A stretch of 28,976 nucleotides of DNA, from IMG/VR virus record IMGVR_UViG_3300020549_000023, positions 1 through 28,976 of that record. One strand, 5' to 3'. Made by a program: the position numbers and the translations under genes. A model generated the notes under the pieces. That model saw only the letters and a list, made by a program, of their open reading frames with translations, searched no databases and was not told where the DNA came from. The DNA comes from a virus (taxonomy: Duplodnaviria; Caudoviricetes). Positions 1 through 8,847 of this stretch are shown piece by piece (positions within the stretch are counted from its first letter, which is position 1; each line of letters begins with the position of its first letter).

Positions 1-1
1 A

Positions 2-514
2 ACACCTCCACCACCGCCAACAGGTGGGTCTGAACCAATTGATGTTGAAAATGACCCTGATGTTGAAAAAATTGATGATGAGGGTAAATCTGATGAAAAG
101 AAAGATGAATCATCTGATTCAGAAGAATTAGACATCACAGAATTAGTTACCGCTCAAAAAGATATTCAATCTAAACAAGATGACTATTTTGAAAATTTAT
201 TTGGTCAATTAAATAAATTAGAATCAAGATTAGGTGAGATGGATGCAATTATGAATAAACTTAATGCTCTTGAAAACAAAATTGAGAAATACAGAGAAAA
301 GACACCTCAAGAAAAATTAGAGTTGAGAAGTTATGATTCATATCCATTTAACCAAAAACTTTCACAATTTTTTGACGACAAACAAGAAGAGATGGAAAAA
401 ACAGGAAAAAATGATTATGTTTTAACTCCTGATGATGTTACAGACATTAACGTTAACGATATCAAAAGTTCTTTTCAAGGAAATGGATTCAAAGACGAAT
501 ATAAATACAAATAA
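2..514 (+). CDS. Hypothetical phage protein, 5'-truncated (Pro-rich, acidic and coiled-coil segments)
   Basis: The frame is open from position 2 (TPPPPPTGGSEPIDVENDPDVEKIDDE...) into the listed 239..514 ORF, so the real start lies upstream of the window. It is followed by a terminator. Confidence 0.8.
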   Translation, partial: TPPPPPTGGSEPIDVENDPDVEKIDDEGKSDEKKDESSDSEELDITELVTAQKDIQSKQDDYFENLFGQLNKLESRLGEMDAIMNKLNALENKIEKYREKTPQEKLELRSYDSYPFNQKLSQFFDDKQEEMEKTGKNDYVLTPDDVTDINVNDIKSSFQGNGFKDEYKYK

Positions 515-534
515 TATTAATTTAGACATTAATG

Positions 535-563
535 AAAACCACCTTTTGGGTGGTTTTTTTATT
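535..563 (+). terminator. Rho-independent terminator
   Basis: AAAACCACC-TTTTG-GGTGGTTTT hairpin running into a T tract, 20 nt after the stop at 514. Confidence 0.85.
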
Positions 564-593
564 TGACAAATCCAGAAAACTATACTATATTTA
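562..593 (+). promoter_or_regulatory. Promoter for the replication operon
   Basis: TTGACA (563-568), 17-nt spacer, TATATT (586-591) fits sigma70. The same bases read TTTG (562-565)-N20-TATATTTA (586-593), one mismatch from the Bacteroidota -33/-7 consensus TTTG...TAnnTTTG. Confidence 0.7.
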
Positions 594-618
594 CATAACA
601 ATTTAAAAAATAAAAAAC

Positions 619-1479
619 ATGATGAGTTCATTAGACGCCGTATTGGCACAGTACGAAAAAGCACAACAAGGGGGCGGGGCCCAAAACAAAATGTCACAAG
701 ACGAAAGAATGAAAAAGTATTTCGCTTGTATTCTTAGTGACAAAGAGAAATCAGGACAACGTAGAGTACGTATTTTACCTACATCAGATGGTTCTTCACC
801 ATTCAAAGAAGCATGGTACCACGAAATCCAAGTAGGTGGACAATGGCAAAAATTTTACGACCCAGGAAAGAATGACAATGAGCGTTCTCCTTTAAATGAG
901 GTTTATGAAGAATTAATGTCAACAGGTAAAGAATCTGATAAAGAATTAGCAAAACAATACAAGTCTCGTAAATTCTACATCGTTAAGGTGATTGATAGAG
1001 ACCACGAAGAAGACGGTGTTAAATTTTGGAGATTTAAACACAACTATAAGAATGATGGTATCTTGGATAAAATCATTCCAATTTGGAGAAACAAAGGTGA
1101 CATTACTGACCCTGAAAAAGGACGTGACCTTATCATTGAATTAACAAAATCTAAAACACCTGCAGGTAAAGAATATACAAGTATTTCTACAATTATGTAT
1201 GACGACCCAACAGCAATACACGAAGAAAAGGTTCAAGGTAATTCTTGGATTAATGACGAGTTGACTTGGTTGGATGTATATTCTAAAAAACCTGTTGACT
1301 ATCTTGAAGCAATCGCTCGTGGAGAAACACCAAAATGGGATAGTGATAAAGGTGGTTATGTATATGGTAACGACACCGAATCTACAACATCTATGGGTGG
1401 AGCTAAAAAGGCTGAAACAAAAGCACCTATTGTTGACCCTCAAGCGAATGACGAGGTTGACGGAGATTTACCTTTCTAA
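619..1479 (+). CDS. Single-stranded DNA-binding protein, T4 gp32-like
   Basis: VRILP motif, aromatic-rich core (WYHEI, FYIVKVIDR, KFWRF, DPEKGRDL), acidic tail ending DEVDGDLPF, and position next to the recombinase. Confidence 0.8.
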   Translation: MMSSLDAVLAQYEKAQQGGGAQNKMSQDERMKKYFACILSDKEKSGQRRVRILPTSDGSSPFKEAWYHEIQVGGQWQKFYDPGKNDNERSPLNEVYEELMSTGKESDKELAKQYKSRKFYIVKVIDRDHEEDGVKFWRFKHNYKNDGILDKIIPIWRNKGDITDPEKGRDLIIELTKSKTPAGKEYTSISTIMYDDPTAIHEEKVQGNSWINDELTWLDVYSKKPVDYLEAIARGETPKWDSDKGGYVYGNDTESTTSMGGAKKAETKAPIVDPQANDEVDGDLPF

Positions 1480-1492
1480 TAAAACAAAACAC

Positions 1493-1528
1493 ATCATGTA
1501 TGGTATCTTGTATGGTACCATACATGAT
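1493..1528. repeat. Intergenic inverted repeat with nested palindrome
   Basis: ATCATGTATGGTA (1493-1505) pairs with TACCATACATGAT (1516-1528). A perfect palindrome TGTATGGTACCATACA occupies 1509-1524. Confidence 0.85.
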
Positions 1529-1544
1529 TTAATTTATATCACAC

Positions 1545-2549
1545 ATGGCAATAAAGAAAAACGATTTTAGTTCAGTTAAGAAGAAATTCTCAACTTCTGC
1601 AAAATACAAGCCCCAAAGATTTTTTGACTTAGGACAAGATTTCTTAGATGCGGTTGGATTACCTGGCCCCGCAATCGGACATTTAAATATGTTCTTGGGT
1701 CACTCAGATACAGGAAAAACTACAGCGTTAGTTAAAACTGCCGTTGATGCTCAGAAGAAAGGTATTTTACCTGTATTCATTATTACAGAACAGAAATGGT
1801 CTTTTGAACACGCAAAACTTATGGGATTTGATTGTGAAGAAGTTGTTGACGAATCAACAGGTGAATTGGATTGGGATGGTTTTTACATCTTCAATAACAA
1901 TTTCAACTACATTGAGCAAATCACCGACTACATCAATAGTTTGTTGGATGCGCAAGAAAAAGGTGAGTTGGATTATAGTTTATTATTCTTATGGGATTCT
2001 GTAGGTTCAGTTCCTTGTAAGATGACCTTTGAAGGTAAAGGGGGTAAACAACACAACGCATCTACACTTGCAGACAAAATTGGTATGGGTATCAACCAAC
2101 GTATTTCAGGTTCTCGTAAATCTGATTCAAAATATGAAAACACATTGGTTATTGTTAATCAACCTTGGGTTGAATTACCTGACAATCCATTTGGTCAACC
2201 AAAAATTAAAGCTAAGGGTGGTGAGGCCATTTGGTTAAACTCATCGTTGGTATTTTTATTTGGTAATCAAAAAGGTGCGGGAACAAACAAGATTACCGCA
2301 ACCAAAGACAAGAGAAGTGTTAAGTTTGCAATTAGAACAAAAGTTTCTGTTATGAAAAACCACATCAATGGATTGGGTTATGAAGATGGAAAGATAATTG
2401 TAACACCACACGGGTTCTTAGCAGGAAAAGAAGCTGCAGAAGAAAAGATATCAATTGAGGTTTACAAAAAAGAATATGCCGACTATTGGAAAAATATTCT
2501 TGGAGTTGCATCTTTAGATTTTGATTTAAAAGAAGAAAAAGAGGATTAG
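1545..2549 (+). CDS. RecA/UvsX-like recombinase
   Basis: Walker A GHSDTGKTT, Walker B LFLWDSVGS, IVNQ and KGGEA motifs and a KNH strand typical of the RecA family. Confidence 0.88.
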   Translation: MAIKKNDFSSVKKKFSTSAKYKPQRFFDLGQDFLDAVGLPGPAIGHLNMFLGHSDTGKTTALVKTAVDAQKKGILPVFIITEQKWSFEHAKLMGFDCEEVVDESTGELDWDGFYIFNNNFNYIEQITDYINSLLDAQEKGELDYSLLFLWDSVGSVPCKMTFEGKGGKQHNASTLADKIGMGINQRISGSRKSDSKYENTLVIVNQPWVELPDNPFGQPKIKAKGGEAIWLNSSLVFLFGNQKGAGTNKITATKDKRSVKFAIRTKVSVMKNHINGLGYEDGKIIVTPHGFLAGKEAAEEKISIEVYKKEYADYWKNILGVASLDFDLKEEKED

Positions 2550-2578
2550 TATATTGTTTCACATTATAAATCACAAAC

Positions 2579-3586
2579 GTGATTAAAACATTATTAGTAG
2601 ACGGAGATAATTTATTTAAGATAGGATTCCACGGAGCAAAGGACGTGTTTAACGACGGAGCTCATGTGGGCGGAGTATTTCACTTTGTGAGTGTACTCCG
2701 CAAATTCCTTGACGAACACAACCATGATAAAGTTGTTGTGTTTTGGGATGGTGATTCTAATTCATCCATCAGAAAATCCATATACCCCCAATATAAAGCA
2801 AACAGACGACAAGATGATATGAATGAATACAAGTACGAATCGTATTTGTATCAGAAGTCTCGAATCAAACAATATCTTGAAGAGATATTTGTAAGACAGG
2901 TCGAAATACATGACAATGAAGCGGATGACCTTATTGCTTATTATTGTAAGATATCTAAAGACGAAAAAATTATTATTTTTTCTGCAGATAAGGACCTTAC
3001 ACAGCTTATCTCAGCGGATGTGACAATCTACTCACCTATCACAAAACAATACTTTAAAAACGGAGATATGATATCTCTGAACAAAGTAGACATACCTCAC
3101 TACAATGTATTATTAACAAAGATATTCACGGGTGACAAATCCGATAATATCGATGGAATCCAAGGACTTGGAGAAAAAACTTTAGTTAAATTTTTCCCTC
3201 AGGTGCAGGAAAAACCTTGTACTGTAGAAGAAATCTTGGATTATGCACGAAATCTCATACAAAATAAACCTTCAAAAACATTTACAAATCTTTTGACAGG
3301 TAAAACAAAATCAACTATACTTGGTGAAGAGTTTTACACAAGAAACAAAAAGATAGTTGACCTTACAAACCCTTTAATTACTGACGATGGAAAAGAATTG
3401 GTGGAACAGATTTTAACCGACACGATAGACCCTACAGATAGGGGTTACAAAAACTTAATGAGAATGATGATGGAAGATGGTCTTTTTAAATATCTACCCA
3501 AGAATGACGAAGCTTGGGTCAACTTCCTCAAACCATTTATGAAATTAACAAGAAAAGAAAAAAGAAACATAACAAACAAAAATTAA
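2579..3586 (+). CDS. 5'-3' exonuclease / flap endonuclease (Pol I N-terminal, T4 RNase H family)
   Basis: LLVDGDN, VFWDG, YPQYKANR, EADDLIA, SADKDL and GDKSDNIDGIQGLGEKT (helix-3-turn-helix) motifs. GTG start. Confidence 0.92.
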   Translation: MIKTLLVDGDNLFKIGFHGAKDVFNDGAHVGGVFHFVSVLRKFLDEHNHDKVVVFWDGDSNSSIRKSIYPQYKANRRQDDMNEYKYESYLYQKSRIKQYLEEIFVRQVEIHDNEADDLIAYYCKISKDEKIIIFSADKDLTQLISADVTIYSPITKQYFKNGDMISLNKVDIPHYNVLLTKIFTGDKSDNIDGIQGLGEKTLVKFFPQVQEKPCTVEEILDYARNLIQNKPSKTFTNLLTGKTKSTILGEEFYTRNKKIVDLTNPLITDDGKELVEQILTDTIDPTDRGYKNLMRMMMEDGLFKYLPKNDEAWVNFLKPFMKLTRKEKRNITNKN

Positions 3587-3589
3587 ATT

Positions 3590-4042
3590 ATGAAAGAGCA
3601 AGACAGCACTAAAATGGAATTCCTATTGACGTTGAATGACAACATCGTAGTTCAGAGATTCTTTAACGTTAGAGGGTTCAATCCTGAGGCAAAAAACTCA
3701 GTGGAATTGTATTACTTTATGAGACAATTGAAAGAAGAACTTCAGTATCATTTAAAGATGAAAACAATTATCTATATGATTGATAATAAAGATGCAATTG
3801 TTAATGACCCCGCAATTCTCGACACTTCATTTACTGAAGGTAGTGAACAATTCAATCTTTATGTTAGAATTGGAGAACAGACAATTTGTCATAGATATTT
3901 TGACGGAAAATTATTTCCACCGAAAGTTCGTTATACCGTTGACGTACGACCATTTTTGAAAGACGTTCTCCGTGAACTAACTGACATTTTTTCAGAACAA
4001 AAATTAAGTTTTGAATATTTGGGCGTTGACTTAAACAATTAA
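3590..4042 (+). CDS. Hypothetical protein in the replication module
   Basis: 150-aa ORF starting 3 nt after the exonuclease stop. No motif recognised. Confidence 0.75.
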   Translation: MKEQDSTKMEFLLTLNDNIVVQRFFNVRGFNPEAKNSVELYYFMRQLKEELQYHLKMKTIIYMIDNKDAIVNDPAILDTSFTEGSEQFNLYVRIGEQTICHRYFDGKLFPPKVRYTVDVRPFLKDVLRELTDIFSEQKLSFEYLGVDLNN

Positions 4043-4077
4043 ATATTTAATAAAACAGGGGATTACAAAAACGATAT

Positions 4078-5454
4078 ATGAACAAGAATTTTGATTACTT
4101 AGGGAATACTTTCCAGATACAACTTTTAAACCAACTTATTGTAGATAAAGAATTTTCAACATCAATTATGGATGTTATTGAAAGTGTTTATTTTGACAAT
4201 AAGTACTTTAAAATTATCTTGCAAATGACAAAGGAGTATCACTCAAAATATCATTCTACCCCTAACTTTGATACTCTTGAACAAATAGTAAAATCTGAAA
4301 TTTCACAAGAGTTAGTCGCCAAAATCGTTCTTGACACTATCAAACAAGTAAAAGACGCACCATTTGAAGGAACACAGTTTGTTCAAGAAAAGGCATTGAA
4401 GTTTTGTAAACAACAAGAACTTCAGAAGGCTATGGATAAAGCGCAAAAGATTATTACTGAAGGAGACTTTGAATCTTATGACAAAGTTGAGAGTTTGGTT
4501 CGTGAAGCGCTTCAAGTTGGTGAGAGAGAGACAGGTATGACCGACATTTTTTCTAACCTTGACACCGTACTTGATGAGGATTTCCGTCATCCAATACCAA
4601 TAGGTATACCAGGTATTGACAGATTACTTAAAGGAGGTTTGGCAAAAGGAGAAATTGGCGTTATCTTAGCACCCACAGGTGTCGGTAAAACAACTATCCT
4701 AACCAAAATTGCGAACACAGCGTTTAATCTTGGATACAATGTACTTCAGATATTTTTTGAAGACAATCCAAAGATAGTACAACGTAAACACTTTACACTT
4801 TGGACGGGTATTGAACCTGATAACTTGGTAAAAAACAAAGTAGAGGTAATGGCTAAAATTACTGAAATCCAAGAAACAATGAAGAACGAGTTAATTTTAC
4901 AAAAACTCCCTTCAGATACTATGACTATGAATCAAATCAAAAATCAAGTCAGAAAAATGATTGCTGACGGGACAAAGATTGATTTGATTCTTTTGGATTA
5001 CATTGATTGTGTGGTACCTGAAAGTTCAAGTAAAGATGAGTGGAAAGCTGAAGGGTCGGTAATGAGAGGTTTTGAGGCGATGTGTCACGAACTATCATTG
5101 GTTGGATGGACCGCAACCCAAGGGAATAGAAGTTCAATATCTTCTGATGTTGTTACTACAGACCAAATGGGTGGTTCTATTAAGAAGGCACAAGTTGGAC
5201 ACGTTATTATTTCTGTTGCGAAAAGTCTACAACAAAAAGAAATGAACTTGGCGACAATAGCAATTACCAAATCACGTATTGGTAAAGATGGGGTTGTGTT
5301 TGAGAACTGTAAGTTCAACAACGAACTACTTGAAATAGATACTGAAAGTTCAGTAACTTTCTTAGGTTTTGAAGAACAACAAGAAGAAAGAAAACGTGAT
5401 AGAGTTAAAGAACTCTTAGAAAAGAGAAAACAAAGAGAAGAACAAAAACAATAA
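4078..5454 (+). CDS. Replicative DNA helicase, DnaB / T4 gp41 family
   Basis: IPIGIPGIDRLLKGG, Walker A APTGVGKTT, Walker B LLDYID, TATQGNR and KSRIG motifs, with an N-terminal DnaB-like helical domain. Confidence 0.93.
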   Translation: MNKNFDYLGNTFQIQLLNQLIVDKEFSTSIMDVIESVYFDNKYFKIILQMTKEYHSKYHSTPNFDTLEQIVKSEISQELVAKIVLDTIKQVKDAPFEGTQFVQEKALKFCKQQELQKAMDKAQKIITEGDFESYDKVESLVREALQVGERETGMTDIFSNLDTVLDEDFRHPIPIGIPGIDRLLKGGLAKGEIGVILAPTGVGKTTILTKIANTAFNLGYNVLQIFFEDNPKIVQRKHFTLWTGIEPDNLVKNKVEVMAKITEIQETMKNELILQKLPSDTMTMNQIKNQVRKMIADGTKIDLILLDYIDCVVPESSSKDEWKAEGSVMRGFEAMCHELSLVGWTATQGNRSSISSDVVTTDQMGGSIKKAQVGHVIISVAKSLQQKEMNLATIAITKSRIGKDGVVFENCKFNNELLEIDTESSVTFLGFEEQQEERKRDRVKELLEKRKQREEQKQ

Positions 5455-5480
5455 TATAAACTAAAAAAAAAAGAAGAATT

Positions 5481-7340
5481 ATGGACGCATCACAAAGGAT
5501 ATTGTCAGATTTAACTGTTTACATGAAGTACGCTAAGTTCGTTCCTGAATTAAACAGACGCGAAACATGGGAAGAATTGGTAACCCGTAATATGGAAATG
5601 CATATTAAAAAATACCCGTCATTAAAAAACGAGATCAAAGAAGTGTATGAAATGGTATATGATAAAAAAGTATTGCCGTCAATGAGGTCACTTCAGTTTG
5701 GTGGGAAACCAATTGAAATTTCTCCAAATAGAATTTACAACTGCGCTTATCTACCAATAGATCATTTAGATGCGTTTTCAGAATCTATGTTCTTATTATT
5801 AGGTGGAACAGGTGTTGGATATTCAGTTCAAAAACATCATGTTGAAAAATTACCTGAAATTAGAAAACCAAATCCAAAATATACAACAAGATTTTTAATT
5901 GGAGATTCTATTGAAGGATGGGCAGATGCTATTAAAGTGTTAATGAAATCATATTTTGGTAAGGCATCCTCAACAATATTGTTTGATTATTCTGATGTTA
6001 GACCAAAGGGGTCTAGACTTGTAACTTCAGGTGGTAAAGCACCAGGACCTCAACCATTAAAAGATTGTATCTATAAGTTAACAACTATGTTAGAATCAAA
6101 AAATGATGGTGAAAAATTAACACCAATTGAGGTTCATGATATGGTTTGTCATATTGCTGACGCTGTGTTGGCAGGTGGAATTAGAAGAGCTGCTCTTATC
6201 TCGTTGTTTAGTGCTGATGATCAAGAAATGATATCTTGTAAGTCAGGTTCTTGGTGGGAAAAAAATCCACAAAGAGGTAGAGCAAATAATTCAGCGGCAT
6301 TAGTTAGACATAAAATTACAAGAGAGTTCTTTATGGATTTATGGAAGCGTGTTGAAGCTTCAGGAGCAGGAGAACCTGGTATCTACTTTACAAACGATAA
6401 AGATTGGGGAACAAACCCTTGTTGTGAAATCGCATTGAGACCAAATCAATTCTGTAATTTATGTGAAGTAAATGTTTCTGACATTGAATCACAAGAAGAC
6501 CTAAACGCTCGTGTTAAAGCTGCCGCGTTCATCGGAACACTTCAGGCGGGTTACACTAACTTCCACTATCTTCGTGATATTTGGAAAAGAACAACTGAGA
6601 AAGATGCATTAATTGGTGTATCTATGACAGGTATCGGTTCAGGTATTGTTTTGGGTTATGATATGAAAGAAGCGGCTAAAGTTGTTAAAGAGGAAAACTC
6701 AAGAGTTGCGGAATTAATTGGTATTAACAAATCGGCTCGTACTACAACAGTAAAACCTGCAGGAACAACCTCATTAACTTTAGGAACATCATCAGGTATT
6801 CATGCCTGGCACAACGATTATTACATCCGTAGAATTCGTGTAGGTAAGAATGAATCAATTTACCATTACTTAATTAATAATCACCCTGAATTGGTTGAAG
6901 ATGAATTCTTCCGTCCACATGATACTGCGGTTATTTCGGTTCCACAAAAAGCACCTGAAGGTTCAATATTAAGAACTGAAAGTCCGTTTCAACTATTAGA
7001 AAGGGTTAAGAAAATCACACAAGAATGGATTAAACCTGGACATAGAAATGGTTCAAATAGTCACAATGTGTCGGCAACAATTAGTTTAAAACCTGAAGAT
7101 TGGGAATTAGCTGGTGAGTGGTTTTGGAATAATCGTGATTTTTACAACGGTTTATCTGTACTTCCGTATGATAATGGAAGTTATATCCAAGCTCCTTTTA
7201 CTGATTGTACTAAAGAAGAGTATGAAAAATTATTTTCAAAACTACATTCAATTGACTTATCAAAAGTTATTGAATTGACAGATGAAACAGATTTAAGTGG
7301 TGAGTTGGCGTGCGCTGGAGGAGGATGTATTATTACTTAA
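5481..7340 (+). CDS. nrdJ: Class II adenosylcobalamin-dependent ribonucleotide reductase (monomeric RTPR type)
   Basis: LPSMR, YNCAY, GTGVG, GGIRRAA, radical-site NPCCEI...FCNL, TVKPAGT and C-terminal CAGGGC redox pair. No ATP cone and no nrdB nearby. Confidence 0.85.
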   Translation: MDASQRILSDLTVYMKYAKFVPELNRRETWEELVTRNMEMHIKKYPSLKNEIKEVYEMVYDKKVLPSMRSLQFGGKPIEISPNRIYNCAYLPIDHLDAFSESMFLLLGGTGVGYSVQKHHVEKLPEIRKPNPKYTTRFLIGDSIEGWADAIKVLMKSYFGKASSTILFDYSDVRPKGSRLVTSGGKAPGPQPLKDCIYKLTTMLESKNDGEKLTPIEVHDMVCHIADAVLAGGIRRAALISLFSADDQEMISCKSGSWWEKNPQRGRANNSAALVRHKITREFFMDLWKRVEASGAGEPGIYFTNDKDWGTNPCCEIALRPNQFCNLCEVNVSDIESQEDLNARVKAAAFIGTLQAGYTNFHYLRDIWKRTTEKDALIGVSMTGIGSGIVLGYDMKEAAKVVKEENSRVAELIGINKSARTTTVKPAGTTSLTLGTSSGIHAWHNDYYIRRIRVGKNESIYHYLINNHPELVEDEFFRPHDTAVISVPQKAPEGSILRTESPFQLLERVKKITQEWIKPGHRNGSNSHNVSATISLKPEDWELAGEWFWNNRDFYNGLSVLPYDNGSYIQAPFTDCTKEEYEKLFSKLHSIDLSKVIELTDETDLSGELACAGGGCIIT

Positions 7341-7369
7341 TAGTAATTATCTAATTAATAATAATAATG

Positions 7370-7405
7370 GGTGTGAAGTCATAAAAAAACTTCACACCTT
7401 TGTAT
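7370..7405 (+). terminator. Hairpin / probable terminator after nrdJ
   Basis: GGTGTGAAGT (7370-7379) pairs with ACTTCACACC (7389-7398): 10-bp stem, 9-nt loop, followed by TTTGTATTT. Confidence 0.65.
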
Positions 7406-7410
7406 TTATA
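7403..7410 (+). promoter_or_regulatory. TATTTATA motif (candidate phage late promoter)
   Basis: Identical octamer also at 8360, 10756 and 19707, each just upstream of a start codon. Confidence 0.5.
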
Positions 7411-7427
7411 TAATATATTACTATATT

Positions 7428-8174
7428 ATGATAATGTACATCTACAAGATAACAAATATAAAAAACAAAAAGTTTTATATTGGTAAAAGTAAAAATGTTG
7501 AAAAACGATGGAAACAACATTTGTCGTTGGTTGGAAAAAAAAGACATCCATTATATGATGCAATAAAAAGTTATGGAATTGAAAATTTCAAATTAGAAAT
7601 TATTGATTGTAATGAAGAAACAATGATAGACGAGTTAGAAAAAAAATGGATATTAGAAACTAATGCAATAAAACTTGGGTATAATATGACTGATGGAGGT
7701 ACGGGAGGGGATACTTTTTCCAACAAATCTGAAGAATTAAAAAAAATTACAAGAGATAAATTAAGACAAATAATGAAAGACAATAACCCAATGTTTAACC
7801 CAATAATCAAACAGAAACTTAAAGAAATACAAAGCGGGGATGATTATAAAAATAAAATGTCGGAAATTGCGAATTCAAGACGTGAGGATTTTAAAGTAAA
7901 AGTTAGTAATGGTTTAAAGTTAGCGTTAAAGTCATCTGAATTAAGAAAAAAATGGAGTGAATGTAAGATAGGTGATAAAAATGGGAGGTCATTAGGTACA
8001 ATAATTGTTACGGATTTAAATGGAAATGAAACTAAATATGAAACAGCAAAAGATGCTGCAAAAAAATTAGTTGTTACCGCCCATTTAATTAGAGAACATT
8101 GTAGAAATAAAACCACATTTCAAAGAGGGATATATAAAGGATGGAAATTTAGATTTGATGATAAAAAATACTGA
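7428..8174 (+). CDS. Free-standing GIY-YIG homing endonuclease (Seg-like) with a NUMOD1-like C-terminal domain
   Basis: YIYKITN...FYIGKS...RWKQH, catalytic E (ELEKKWI), GYNMTDGG, and C-terminal YETAKDAAKKL...YKGWKF. Confidence 0.88.
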   Translation: MIMYIYKITNIKNKKFYIGKSKNVEKRWKQHLSLVGKKRHPLYDAIKSYGIENFKLEIIDCNEETMIDELEKKWILETNAIKLGYNMTDGGTGGDTFSNKSEELKKITRDKLRQIMKDNNPMFNPIIKQKLKEIQSGDDYKNKMSEIANSRREDFKVKVSNGLKLALKSSELRKKWSECKIGDKNGRSLGTIIVTDLNGNETKYETAKDAAKKLVVTAHLIREHCRNKTTFQRGIYKGWKFRFDDKKY

Positions 8175-8379
8175 AGATTGGATAAACCAAGAGCGTGTTA
8201 AGAAAATTATGATTAGTAATCATGAACCAACTGATTTTTATTTTGAAGATGGTAAAGTAGTTATGACTGAGTCATACCATATTAAGAGAGGTAGTTGTTG
8301 CGGGAATGGATGTAAAAATTGTCCTTATTCTCCAATTCACAAAAAAGGAAACACTACTATATTTATAGACAATGGCTAA
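8158..8379 (+). CDS. Small Cys-rich protein, DUF5522-like
   Basis: DFYFEDGKVVMTESYHIKRGSCCGNGCKNCPY matches the HxxRGxCCGxGCxxCPY signature. Start uncertain (ATG 8158 or a later Met). Confidence 0.72.
   Translation: MIKNTEDWINQERVKKIMISNHEPTDFYFEDGKVVMTESYHIKRGSCCGNGCKNCPYSPIHKKGNTTIFIDNG
8360..8367 (+). promoter_or_regulatory. TATTTATA motif before the first structural gene
   Basis: Octamer ends 4 nt before the gp25-like ATG at 8372. Confidence 0.5.
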
Positions 8380-8842
8380 TGGTGTTACATATGGTATAAA
8401 TTTTCCCTTCAGAGATTCACGAAGAGGTGACTATTTGGAGTTAACTGAATTTCAGTCTCAAGAAATTAAGGCGGCTTTGATACATTTGTTATTAACCAGA
8501 AGAGGATCAAGATATTTTTTACCAGAATTTGGTACTAGATTATATGAATTTTTATTTGAACCATTTGACGGATTAACATTTAACGCAATTGAATCTGACA
8601 TTAGGGATGCAATTGAAAACTTTATGCCAAATCTATTGGTTAATAGTTTAAGTATTACTCCTGCAGACCCACAAGAAGAGGTGGATATTGCGACAGGACA
8701 AAACTTGATTGGGACCAGTGAATCATCAATATATAGATTTCCGGGTAAGGGTACTTCAGAATACACAGCAAAAATAAGAATAGATTACTCAACTAATGGG
8801 GCGACATTTGGTCAGAGTGATTTTGTAATTATCAATATTTAA
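8372..8842 (+). CDS. Baseplate wedge protein, gp25/GpW family
   Basis: GINFPF...IKAALIHLLLTRRGSRYFLPEFGTRLYEFLFEP...IRDAIENFMP is the gp25 signature. Confidence 0.9.
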   Translation: MANGVTYGINFPFRDSRRGDYLELTEFQSQEIKAALIHLLLTRRGSRYFLPEFGTRLYEFLFEPFDGLTFNAIESDIRDAIENFMPNLLVNSLSITPADPQEEVDIATGQNLIGTSESSIYRFPGKGTSEYTAKIRIDYSTNGATFGQSDFVIINI

Positions 8843-8847
8843 ATAAG

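Noticed and set aside
1545-7340. Inteins in the recombinase, helicase or RNR
   Set aside because: Protein lengths are normal and no intein splice motifs interrupt the conserved cores.
7341-8174. Group I intron splitting nrdJ, including an out-of-frame GGG TGT GAA GTC (GCEV) at 7369
   Set aside because: NrdJ is already complete with its C-terminal Cys pair, there is no downstream exon or room for an intron core, and the GCEV bases form the hairpin arm.
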